From Octopus sinensis (lineage: Eukaryota): a DNA stretch of 64,000 nucleotides. Of this stretch, positions 24,271 through 36,138 are shown in pieces. A program made the translations under genes and the position numbers. The stretch's first letter is position 1. The number at the start of each line of letters is the position of its first letter. The notes beneath the pieces are model-generated. The model was not told the origin of the DNA. It was given only the letters and a program-made list of their open reading frames with translations, and did not search any database. The stretch is from contig NC_042998.1 of NCBI RefSeq assembly GCF_006345805.1, positions 23,188,001-23,252,000 of the forward strand, given 5' to 3'.

Positions 24271-27200
24271 CTCATGCACAGCACACTTCCATAGGACTCG
24301 GTCTTCAGTCATTTCCTTGGTGAGACCTAAAGTTCGAAGGTCGTGCTTCACCACCTCGTCCCAGGTTTTCCTGGGTCTACCTCTTCCACAGGTTCCCTCA
24401 ACTGCTAGGGTGTAGCACTTTTGCACACAACTATCTTCAGCCATTCTCGTCACATGACCATACCAGCGCAGCCGTCTCTCTTGCACACCACAACTGACAC
24501 TTCTTAGGTTCAACTTTTCTCTCAAAGTACTTACACTCTGACGATTATGAACACTGACATTACACATCCATCGGAGCATACTGGCTTCATTTCTTGCAAG
24601 CTTACGCATATCCTCAGCAGTCACGGCCAATGTTTCACTACCATGTAGCATGGCTGTACGTACACACGCATCATATAGTCTGCCTTTTACTCTTAGCGAG
24701 AGGCTATTCTTACTCTAGCAGTTACACTTTCAGCACACCCACCCCCACTACTGACTTGGTCTCCTAGGTAGCGGAAGCTATCAACTACTTCTAGTTTGTC
24801 TCCTTGGAACGTGGTAGAAGTTGGTCTCTGCACATTTCCAGTGTTTATTGCTCCTGAGCATCTGCCACAGACAAAAACTATTTTCTTAGTTAGCCTTCCT
24901 TTGACATTGCTGCACCTCTTATGTGTCCATAGCTTACACTTGGTGCACCTTAGAGAGTTTCTACCTACACCTTTCTTACAGATCGAGCAGGGCCATCTAC
25001 CTGAAGTCGTTTGTGATTGGTCCACCTTCCTACTTATTAGGACTTTGGTTTTGGCTAGGTTGATTCTAAGGCCCTTCGATTCTAATCCTTGTTTCCACAC
25101 CTGAAACTTCTCCTCCAGTTCTGATAGTGACTCAGCAATTAGAGCAAGGTCATCAGCATAGAGGAGCTCCCAGGGGAATCCTGTCTTGAATTCCTCCGTT
25201 ATTGCCTGGAGGACTATGATAAATAGGAGGGGACTGAGGACTGAACCTTGGTGGACCCCAACCTCTACCCGGAATTCTTCACTGTACTCGTTGCCAACCC
25301 TCACCTTACTAGCAGCGTCTCTGTACATGGCTCACACAGCTCTCACTAACCATTCATCTATCCCTAGTTTCCTCATTGACCACCAGATAAGGGATCGGGG
25401 GACCCTGTCAAAGGCTTTCTCCAAGTCAACAAAAGCCAGATACAAGGGCTTATCTTTGGCTAGGTATTTCTCCTGCAGCTGTCTTACCAGGAATATAGCA
25501 TCAGTAGTACTTTTCCCTGGCACGAACCCAAACTGCATATCATCTAAGCTAACTCTCTCTCTAATTAATTGGGCTATAACCCTCTCCGTAACCTTCATTA
25601 CCTGATCCAGCAGCTTGATGCCCCTGTAGTTATTTGTATCTAGGGCGTCGCCTTTACCTTTGTAGCAGTTGACTATTATGCTGCTACACCAGTCATTGGT
25701 ATGACTCCTTCGTGTATCACCTGGTTTACTATACGGGTGACTAAGCTATAGCCGACACTACCAGATATTTTGAGCATCTCTGCAGTAATTCCTGATGGGC
25801 CTGGGGCTTTCCCTGTTTTCATGCTTCTAATTGCCTTATCTACTAAGGAACTGTTAACTCGGATTGCTGGTCCCTCTGTTGGGTCGACATTCGGGAGACT
25901 CTCTTTATCCCATTCATTTTCCTCATTCAGCAACCTTTCATAGTGGCATCTCCAAGCCTCTCTCTTTGCATCCTCATTTAGCGCAAGTGAACCGTCATCC
26001 TTGCGAACACATTCTCTCCTACCACGTCACGATTCTCTCTCACACACTGTCTTGCAACACGAAATACCTCAAGTCTTCATCCTCACGGCGCAGGACATTG
26101 GCAAATTTTTCTTTATCTGCCTCCCCTCTGGCTAGATAGACCTGTCTCCTAGCTTCCCTTCTGGCAGTCTGATACACTTCCCTGCTACCACCGTTCTTCA
26201 GGCCTTCCAAGCCTGTTTCTTTTGTCTAATAGCCCTGTCAACAATATTGTTCCACCACCACGTTATTTTGGGTCTTAAGGGGACTTTGCACCAGCCACAG
26301 ATCTGGTCAGCGGCTTTCAGCAGGTTGTCCCTCAGAAACGTCCAGTTGTCTTCTACCCCATGCGTAGCTATACCCCCTTCCACTTCGTCAAAGGCTTCAA
26401 GTAACATATCTCTAAATCTCTGTCCATTCGCAGGGTCTTTTAGCTTCCAGACCCTTCTTCTCCATGTTGGTCGTCTTCTAGTCGCCCTCTTAGTCCTGAT
26501 CCTAAAGTCACTAACTACCAGTCTATGTTGTGGGGTGCATTCTTCGCCTGGGAAGGTTTTGGCATTTATAAGCAGCCATCTTTCCCTTTTTCTGGCAAGG
26601 ATGTAGTCAATCTGGCTGGTGTGTCTGCCAGAATGGTAGGTGACTAGGTGAGAGGTGGGTTTCCTGAAGTTGGTATTGCAGACCATAAGGTCATTTGCAT
26701 CGCAGAACTCCAGCAGCCTGGTTCCCTCCTCGTTGCGGGAACCATAACCGTAGCCTCCATGTACGCCATGGAAGCCCCCAGCATGTCGTCCAACATGCCC
26801 ATTGAAATCACCAGCCACAAAGAGAAGGTCCCTGTCGTTCGTCAATGAGGTGGTCTGCAGTAGGGTGTCATAGAAACTGTCTTTCTGTCCATCGGGTAGC
26901 CCTGGCTGAGGGGCATAGGCCGATATAATGGTTGCTAATCTATTATGAAGCACTATTCTAATCTTAAGTATTCTGTCACTTACTCTGATTACCTCAATTA
27001 CTCTATCTACCCATTTCTCAGCGATAAGTATACCCACGCCACCGACCCCGTCAGTGTTCCCTGCCCAGAAAATCTTGCCTGTGAGGAACCTAGCAGATCC
27101 TCCTCTCCACCTTATTTCTTGCATGCAACATACATCAACCCATCTCCGTTCAAGCATCTCAACTATCTCGCCAGATCTACCTTTCAGTGTGCCAACGTTG

Positions 27201-27310
27201 AGGGTGCCCACCCTGAAGGAGTGGAAGGTATGGACCCGAGAGGTCCAGGGACGGGGAGCAGTGGTGTCATGTACCTGAAAAGAAGAAAGCTCGCATTTGG
27301 CAGAATTCAT
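24253..27310 (-). pseudogene. Disrupted single EN-RT ORF of the RTE LINE
   Basis: The frame is restored by adding one base at about 26199, 26076, 26012 and 25698. There is one in-frame TGA (25332-25334) and an apparent deletion of about 16 codons at about 24702. Confidence 0.85.
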
Positions 27311-27399
27311 AAGCAAAGCAATGATCTTAAGTTCAACCTGTTACACTACACTATCATGTTTTGCGCCGTATTTTCACCACCTTATTGAAAAATCTGATA

Positions 27400-27575
27400 A
27401 TGAATGATATGCAAAAGTGACTTGCAGAGTCAGCCAGGTAGTACAGGTAGGGGTCATTAACAATGACCAGCATAACAGTTTTGTTATCAACTGCCACACT
27501 GGCAAAGGTGGTGCTCTGTAGAGGTATAAAACTGATGGAACAAGTTATGAAAGTAACAGAGTGTTATGGAGAACT
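27400..27575 (+). mobile_element. Old decayed RTE LINE fragment, right part
   Basis: VTCRVSQVVQVGVINNDQHNSFVINCHTGKGGAL*...IKLMEQVMKVTE matches VTRIVNQVIHEGVIPNDWCSSIIVNCYKGKGDAL...IKLLDQVMKVTE of the young element. Confidence 0.7.
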
Positions 27576-27626
27576 AATAAGAAAAAAATTAGTTTAGATG
27601 AGGTGTAGATCAGCTGTGTGTATGTA

Positions 27627-27660
<34 letters not shown>

Positions 27661-27949
27661 GTGGGAGTTAGGCTTTCACTATTAGCAGTATTAAATTAAA
27701 CACATTTCTCAGCAAAAAATTTAAGAGCAAAAAATAGCTTGAAATCTGCAGATTGGAATCCAGTCACATATATCTTGCTTACCAAGCAGATTTACTGATC
27801 ATTGCATACAAATGACCAGTGAATTTGTTATTTAATGTTCTGGAATTGCTGTCGACCTTGATCAAATATATTCCAGCTATGACCATCCAGTCTTTCCCAG
27901 CTCTTTCACACTATGTCAATGGCTAAATTATCGGATGTAGCCGATCTTT

Positions 27950-28367
27950 TTATTTCTTTATTGCCCACAAGGGGCTAAACATAGAAGAGACAAACAAGGA
28001 CAGACAAAGGGATTAAGTCAATTACATTGACCCCAGTGCGTAACTGGTACTTAATTTATCGACCCCGAAAGGATGAAAGGCAAAGTCAACCTCGGCGGAA
28101 TTTGAACTCAGAATGTAACGGCAGACGAAATACCTATTTCTTTACTAGCCACAAGGGGCTAAACACAGAGATGACAAACAAGGACAGACAAACGGATTAA
28201 GTCGATTATATCGACCCCAGTGCATAACTGGTACTTAATTCATCGATCCCAAAAGGATGAAAGGCAAAGTCGACCTCGGCGGAATTTGAACTGAGAACAT
28301 AACAGCAGACGAAATACTGCTACACATTTCGCCCGGCATGCTAACGTTTCTGCCAGCTCGCCGCCTT
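27950..28367 (-). mobile_element. SINE family B dimer
   Basis: Same head-body-tail-body-tail structure; flanking atcttttt repeat. Confidence 0.85.
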
Positions 28368-29438
28368 AATCTTTTTTTAAGACTTTAGGGCATGATATCA
28401 GGGAGATTTAGCTGCTACTTCTGCATAGAGGCGACCCCTTTGTGTACGAATACAAATTAGTAGATACCTATTGCTCTAACAACTAAACCATCCCAGTCAT
28501 GCAAACACAGAAAAATAGATACCAAAACCCTATACACATATACACACCCATATGCATAATCACCAACTCAAATATGTACACACACACATGCAAAAATTCA
28601 TGCTCAGAAGGAAAGGTTTATATCCACAGAGAAAATGCAGAGAACTTGGAGTACTTGAGTTTCATTCGATAGCAATACTTTGTTTTAAGCATTTAAGCAT
28701 TTTTTCTGTATGAGCAGATTTCCTGTCATGCTGTGTTGGTTTATTAGTTATTTCTTAATATTTTCAAACAAACAGCAAGATGTAATAGAGCCCAGTCTTC
28801 TAACTAGTTTCTGACAGGAATTGAAAATAACTCACAAACTATAAAACACACACTTTGCTCTCGGGAATTTGGGATACATAGACACACACAGATAGACAGA
28901 CAGACAGACACACACACACAGATATATCTACCTCTACTAGGTTTCATTCAACAGTAAGGCTTTATATGTGTTAAATTTATAACTACATCTGTAATGCTAT
29001 ATCTGGCTTTTACAACTTTTTTTCCATCTTCTTCTAAATATAACCAATACAGAATATCATACCTTGATACTGTATAGACTGACTTCCCCATTGACAGTTT
29101 AGTGATATGAAGAAAGTGCAGTTGTTAGGTTAAGGCTTCTAATTTAGATGAATGCAGTTGTGGAATCACTCTGGTGCAGCAGTTTATAATAGATGTACAA
29201 GGTGTGATTCCTGTTGGCAATCTTATCACTTTATAACCTCCTATATACAAATAATGTGTGAGTGTGTGTGTACTCGATAAGGTGGCTGGTATTAGGAAGG
29301 GCATCCAGCTGCAGAAACCATACAAGAGATTATGGAGCCTGGTATGGCTCCAGCCTCCCACATACTGTCAAACCATCCAAAGCATGCCAGCATGGGAAAA
29401 ACAGACGTTAAATGATGATGGTGACGATGATCATGATG

Positions 29439-29441
<3 letters not shown>

Positions 29442-29482
<41 letters not shown>

Positions 29483-29551
29483 TATACATATATATACACA
29501 CACACATACATATACATACATATATAATATATATATATATATACATATACA

Positions 29552-29583
<32 letters not shown>

Positions 29584-29992
29584 GTATATATATATACACA
29601 CAACACATACATATACACACACACACAATATATACCACACACATATATATATATATACACACACACATACATATATATACACAACACACATACATATATA
29701 TAACACACACACATACATATATACACACACAATACATATATACACACACACACACATATATATACACACACACACATATATATACACACACACATACATA
29801 TATATACACACACATACATATATATACACACACATACATACATATACACACACACATACATACATATACACACACATACATACATATACACACACACACA
29901 CACACATACATACATACATACATATATATATATATACACACATATACATATATACACACATATATATACATATATACATATATATATATATC
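29442..29992. repeat. Compound (TA)/(CA) microsatellite
   Basis: 550 bp composed almost only of AT/AC dinucleotides. Confidence 0.98.
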
Positions 29993-30157
29993 TAATGAGG
30001 TGTTATATTACTGGTTGGCACAGACAACCACTCAAAATGTTACTGTCTAACCAATTATATGCCATCTTGGTAGCAATATGGTGCTTTATGATATGAACAA
30101 AACAACTCCGTTACTCACACTGAGTTTTCCTCCTGACTTATTAACTTATAGACACAG

Positions 30158-30570
30158 GTGTGGCTGCATGGTAAGAAGTTTGCTTCCCACCCACATAGTC
30201 CTGGGTTCAGCTCCCACAGCATGGGACCTTCGTAAAGTGTCTTCTACTAGTCTTGGGCTAACCTAAGCGTTGTGAGTGGATTTGATTGACAGAAACTGAA
30301 AGAAGCCAGTCATGTATATACATATATATGTATGTGTATGTGTGTGTGTGTGTGTGTTTGTGTTGATGTTTGTTCCCCACCACCATTTGACAACCAGTGC
30401 TGATGTGTTTACGTCCAGTAACTTAGCAGTTTGGCAAAAGGGAATAATAGAATAAGTACAAGGCTTTAAAAAAAAACGTAAGTGCTGAGATTGGTTCATT
30501 TAACTAAAATTCCTGAAGGTGATGCCCCAGCAAGGTCACAGCCTCATGACTGAAACAAGTAAAAGATAAA
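30158..30570 (+). mobile_element. SINE family A copy
   Basis: Same consensus, more diverged. Confidence 0.8.
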
Positions 30571-30606
30571 AGATAAAACTAACTGACTATGTATGAGTGC
30601 TTGCGT

Positions 30607-30640
<34 letters not shown>

Positions 30641-31439
30641 CAGTTAATATCTCCTTTGTGTTTGATGATTTGAAGCAATGGCTTCCTGTTGGCATCATTA
30701 GCTTGCAGTCCACTGTGAATGGCTATCCAGATTCCTTGACATGTTGTGAGGAAATCTTTGCCAACAAACAGCTAACCAAACAGTGCAGTTTCTTTCTCAT
30801 TTTCCATGTGAAAATGTGTGTGTATACACACACACACACACACGTGTACATACATGTATTTATGTGTGTATGTATGTATGTATGTAGTACATGCATTCTA
30901 AGTGACCTGATCATATCCCCTTGTAACACCAGTATCTATCTACCTGTTTATATGTGTGTGTGTACATGTGTATATCACACACACACACACACATACACAT
31001 ATTAAGTTTGGAAATGGAGAGATCTAATGGATGCAAATTAATTTATTAATTAATGAACATCTTCATCTACAACTGTTTCATTTCTCAACCAAAATTAAAA
31101 CTATAACACGTATATAAATAGATAATCTTGCATTTTGAAATACCTTGGGTGGAAAATCATCAGGGTGTACAAAAGTATAATAAAAGGATTACATTATGAT
31201 CTGTTGGATATATATATATATATAGTGACGTATATTTGCCATTTGAATATGGCTAACCCCTAAGGGTGGATGCTACTGTAGTTTGTAGCCCCAGGAGGAC
31301 ACCTCCTCCAGCTGGCTATAGACACACTTTCTGTGCCCTATCAGTATTTGCAAAGGGAAGCAATCCTTCCCGTCTTCAACTTATAACTCGCTCTGAGATT
31401 TATCATTATATATATATATACACACACACACATATAGAA

Positions 31440-31592
31440 AATGGAGAAATATTGATGAATAATTGATGTACATCAATTATTATTTATTAATTCAATACAA
31501 ATATTTGATTAATTCAATACAAATAGTCTATTTGTATTGAATTAATAAATAATAATGGATGTACGTCAATAGTTCATCAATATTTCTCCATT
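31440..31592. repeat. Long near-perfect inverted repeat (about 64-bp arms)
   Basis: aatggagaaatattgatgaa...caatacaaata is followed by its reverse complement with about 4 mismatches. Confidence 0.9.
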
Positions 31593-32009
31593 GTTTTCTT
31601 TAAATTCTGATTCTTGATAAACTCATGTTTCTCCTTGTCTTTACCTATTATTTATGAGCATAAAATGCTTTCATATGTATGCCCATGGTTAAACATAGGT
31701 AATATACCGGTAGTGTAATAGATACCTCTATCCCTTAGACAGTTATTTTAACCTCTAACTCAGTTAACCTAAATATATATATATATATATACATATATAT
31801 ATACATACATACACACACACACATAAAACAAACAATTTTAAAAAAGTATCCTTAACACAAATACTTACATATGCATGCATACTTACAAGTACATAAGCAG
31901 CCAATAGATATGTGTGCATGTGCATGAATATGCTCCACATCTATCTATCTATCTGTGTGTCTGTCTGTTAGTCTATCTATCTATCAATCTATCTATCTAT
32001 CTATCTATC

Positions 32010-32220
32010 TATCTAACAGGAAGCTTTATGAAAATAAACAAAAGACGAAAGCAGGTGGAATACAAACAAACAATTGTATTAGTATGGCGCTCAGGAATAT
32101 AAATAAAACAAGTCTTTTACATTTCGAGCCTACGCTCTTCAACAGAAAGATACACAGAAAAGAAACACGGAAAGAAACAAGGAGAGAAAAAAAATGCATG
32201 CAGAAGCTAGCGAATCACTA
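32010..32220 (-). repeat. Second copy of the Penelope-like hammerhead-bearing repeat
   Basis: Near-identical to 43820-44030; motif at 32113-32150. Confidence 0.6.
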
Positions 32221-32304
32221 TCTATCTATCTATCTATCTATCTATCTCTCTCTCTATCTATCTATATGTCTATCTATTTATCCATCTTTCTGTCTGTTTA
32301 TCTG

Positions 32305-32340
<36 letters not shown>

Positions 32341-32345
32341 CCTGC

Positions 32346-32381
<36 letters not shown>

Positions 32382-32428
32382 TTATCCATCTTTCTGTCTA
32401 TCTATTTATCAATCTGTCTGTCTATCTT

Positions 32429-32461
<33 letters not shown>

Positions 32462-32465
32462 GTGT
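32218..32465. repeat. (CTAT)n tetranucleotide microsatellite
   Basis: Direct inspection; a shorter tract lies at about 31940-32012. Confidence 0.95.
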
Positions 32466-32612
32466 GTCTGTTTGTCAGTCTGTCTAACTCTCTCCACACA
32501 CACACACACACACACAAGAGTATAAAATAAAAATTTTTAAATACACACTTACACTCATAGAACACACATGCACAAACACAATGACAAATAGACACAGAAG
32601 ACACTAACGCAT

Positions 32613-32656
<44 letters not shown>

Positions 32657-33269
32657 GCACACACACACACACAGAAACACACACACACACAATGCAATGT
32701 TTAAGAGTTAAATAAATGAGATATTAAAGGTGCTTGCTTGCTCTATAATTGACAAGTTCAAACATTATCACTTTATTCTATCAAAACCTACATTATTATT
32801 ATTATTATCATCATTAGTGTTTAGTCTGCTTGGCTAAACAACACTTCAGAAGATGAATGCTTAGCAACCAACTTTAAAAAAGAAGACAAAAGAAGCTGCA
32901 CAACATTAGTACCAATTCCTAAGGAGGGAAAAGATAAATAAAAAATGACATTTAAAAAAATAGCATACAGAGAAAGGGAAATCAATTATGTATAATGAAG
33001 AATTTCTGATATACATTAATATTGATTTATTGCAAAGGGTCAAGGACTTAAATTTGAAGAATAGGTACAGGTGTGGCTGAGTAGTAAGAAGTTTGGTGCC
33101 CAGTTACCTGGTTCTAAGTTCAACCCCACAGTGTTGTACCTTGAGTAATTTTCTATTATATCCTCAGGTTGAACAAATCCTTGAATGGATTTTTTTCATT
33201 ATTTCATGGCCATTTTCCATACTTGAGAAGCTGGTAAGGCTACGAGTCGCACCAAAGTTCCATAGTTTG

Positions 33270-34715
33270 CTTTTGAGAAAGTGTGGTGTGTTAGACTTGA
33301 AGAGAAGCAAAACCAAATGTATGGACGGGCTAACGATACCGTCGAGGAGGTTATGAAGCAGATAGAAGAGATGGGCTATAAGTGCTTGGGGATTTGGGAA
33401 ATGGATAAATTGATGGAGAAAGAAATGACAGAAAAATTTAAGGTGGAGACTTGTGCAGACTGAGACTGATCCTTAAGTTGAAATTAAACGGATGGAATAA
33501 GATCAAAGCTATCAACACCTGGGCAGTTTCACTCCTTAGATATGGAGCAGGGGTAATTGCATCGACAGTAGATAAACTAAACAGCTTAGACACAAAGACA
33601 AGGAAGTTACTAACTAGATATGGGTCACTCCACCCAAAAAGTGACACAGATAGACTGTATGTACCAAGAAAAAGAGGAGGAAGAGGACTTATTGGATATG
33701 AACACAGCATTAGAGTAGAAGAAAACAACATAGCATGGTATGTAAAAAAATGCCACAGAACCACTATTATTAGAAGTAAGAAGGTCAGGCTTGTGTAGGA
33801 TGAAAGATTGCAAAGATAAAGCACTATACAAGAAATTGAAAATGAATGAAACTGAAAATAGGTGGGTAAAGAAAAGAATGCATGGTCAATTTCATAGGGA
33901 TGTTGAAGATAAGACAGACAGAGAAAAAAGACGGCTGTGAATGACTAAAAGTGATTTAAAACTGGAAATGGAGGCTCTAATCTGTGCTGCCCAAGGGCAA
34001 GCGCTAAGAACAAACTACATAAAATACAGAATAGACCACACAGTAGAAAGTGGTAAGTGCAGAATCTTAGGACAAAACGGTGAAACCGCATGGCATATTA
34101 CCAGCCAATGTATGCCACTAGCTCAGAAGGAATATAAGAGACGCCATGACAATATAGCCAGGCTTGTCCATTGGACACTTTGTAACAAGTATGGACTTGA
34201 CAGAGCAAAAAATTGCTATGACCACAAACCTGAAGGCATCGTTGAAAAAAAAATGCAAAGATCCTATGGGATTTTATGATTCAATGCGACCAAGAGAGAG
34301 AATAGGAAGCTGAACATAGTCTTAATTGAGAAAGTAAACAAACTATGCTGGATCATAGACATAGCATGCCCAGCTGACAAGGTATACGATAAGGAAGAAA
34401 GAAAAATCGAGAGATATGACAGGTTAGCTTGAGAAGTTAAGCAGTTGTGGTCGATGAAAAAGGTGGTAGTAGTACCAATAATTGTTGGAGCCCTGGGAAC
34501 AGTGAGCAAAATCTTGAGAAGTATGTGGAACAAATAGGGGCTGTAATAATGGTGGAGCACTTGCAGAAAACTGTACTGCTTGGAGCCGCTCGAATACTCC
34601 GGAAGGCGCTCAAAAAATAAGAGGTGTTACCTTAGTTCACTAGTAGTGAACAGCTGACACTGTAGTACATCTCCAGCATTAGAAGCTGTGCAAAGGCAAT
34701 AAATAATAATAATAA
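33270..34715 (+). mobile_element. R4/Dong-type non-LTR retrotransposon, 5'-truncated and frameshifted
   Basis: NKIKAINTWAVSLLRYG; RLYVPRKRGGRGL; EALICAAQGQALRTN; degenerate CCHC knuckle (KCR..ETAWHITSQC); RRHD; IIDIACP; VPIIVGALG; LQKTVLLGAARILRK. Ends in (TAA)n. Confidence 0.9.
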
Positions 34716-35057
34716 TCCTTTCTACTATAGGTACAAGGCCTGAAGTTATGGGGTAGGAGACTAGTTGATTACATCAACCGCAGTGCAAAGCTGGTACTTA
34801 ATTTACTGACCCTGAAAGGATGAAAAGCAAAGTTGACCTCAGCAGAATTTGAACTCAGAACACAGCGATGGGCGAAATATTGCTAAGTATTTCGTCCAAC
34901 ATGCTAACAATTCTGCCAGCTCACCACCTTAATAATAATAATAATAATAATAATGATTTCAAATTTTGGCACAAGGCCAGCAAGTTTGGGGTAGAGAGTA
35001 AAGTCAACTCGGCAGAATTTGAACTCAGAACATAATAATAATAATAATAACAATAAA

Positions 35058-35091
<34 letters not shown>

Positions 35092-35144
35092 CAATAATAG
35101 TAACAATAATAATAATAACAATAATAATACTAAATATGATAATA

Positions 35145-35480
35145 ATAAACATGAAGGTGAAAACAATACCAATAATAATTGGAGTATCAGGAATAATAAA
35201 AAGTCATATAAAGAAAAATGCAGAAGCTATACCTGGATCCCCAACACTACACAGAGTCCAAAAAACAGCCCTGCTATGAACAGCCCACATCCTACACAAA
35301 ACACTATCAATCCAATAATACAACCTATACAAAACAACCCATAAACACAAAACACACTCTATACAGCATTTATCCAATGAAATAAACTCCCACCAGCAAG
35401 CTAGAAAACCAAAGCATTACATACACAACACACAATACAAGCAGTAACGCAGCAAAAGACAACACCACACCTCAAGGAAA
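35145..35480 (+). mobile_element. Third R4/Dong-type 3' fragment
   Basis: KVKTIPIIIGVSG...IPGSPTLHRVQKTALL*TAHILHKTLSI follows a (TAA)n tract. Confidence 0.7.
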
Positions 35481-36138
35481 AAAAAAACTAACACAAAACA
35501 GTACTGGGAAGAGTTCACACACTCCCAACAGCAGAAAGGAACACAATGCTGCACCCACCCCCCAGCAACACGGAGGTAGAGCAGGTGATGCAGGAGAAAT
35601 TTGCTTCAGTCTACCAAATATTGAAAAGCTATATAATAATTATTTCAAATTTTTGCCACATACACCAATCCCAGTGTTCAACTGGTACTTATTTTATCGA
35701 TTCCGAAAGGATGAAAGGCAAAGTTGACCTCAGCAGAATTTGAACTTAGAATGTAACAATGGGTGAAATACCACTAAGCATTTCGTCCAGCGTGCTAATG
35801 ATTCTGCCAGCTCACTGCCTTGAACAGTTGTATAATAATAATAATAATAATAATAATAATCCTTTCTACTATAGGAACAAGGCCTTGAAATTTTGGGGGA
35901 GGGGACTAGTTGATTACATCGACCCCAGTGTTTCACTGGTACTTAATTTATCGATGAATATCACCATCATCATTTAATGTCTGTTTCCATGCTGGTGTGG
36001 GCTGGATGATTTGAGAGCTGGTAAAGCGGTAGGGAGGGCACACCAGACTCTCTTGTCTGTTTCGGTATGGTTTCTATGGCTGAATACCCTTCCTAATGCC
36101 AACCACTTTATAGAGTGTACTGGGTGCTTTTTACAAGG

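Larger units (their letters stand above)
20305..27385 (-). mobile_element. Near full-length RTE-clade LINE (APE endonuclease + reverse transcriptase) with tandemly amplified 3' UTR and (GAT)n tail
   Basis: Endonuclease motifs VGTLNVGTL, MQE, AYAP, GDFN, SQIDY, HRLV (26198-27316). RT motifs KAPGPSG, FVDLEKAFD, GVHQGSVLSP, YADD, FRYLG (24693-25933). RTE C-terminus RLRWYGHV...GRGRPRKTW (24253-24651). (GAT)n tail at about 20305-20326. The 5' boundary is approximate and no TSD was found. Confidence 0.93.

Noticed and set aside
29408-30050. Several 170-210 aa ORFs on both strands
   Set aside because: They are translations of a (TA)/(CA) microsatellite.
31955-32530. 191-aa ORF
   Set aside because: (CTAT)n microsatellite plus an interspersed repeat.
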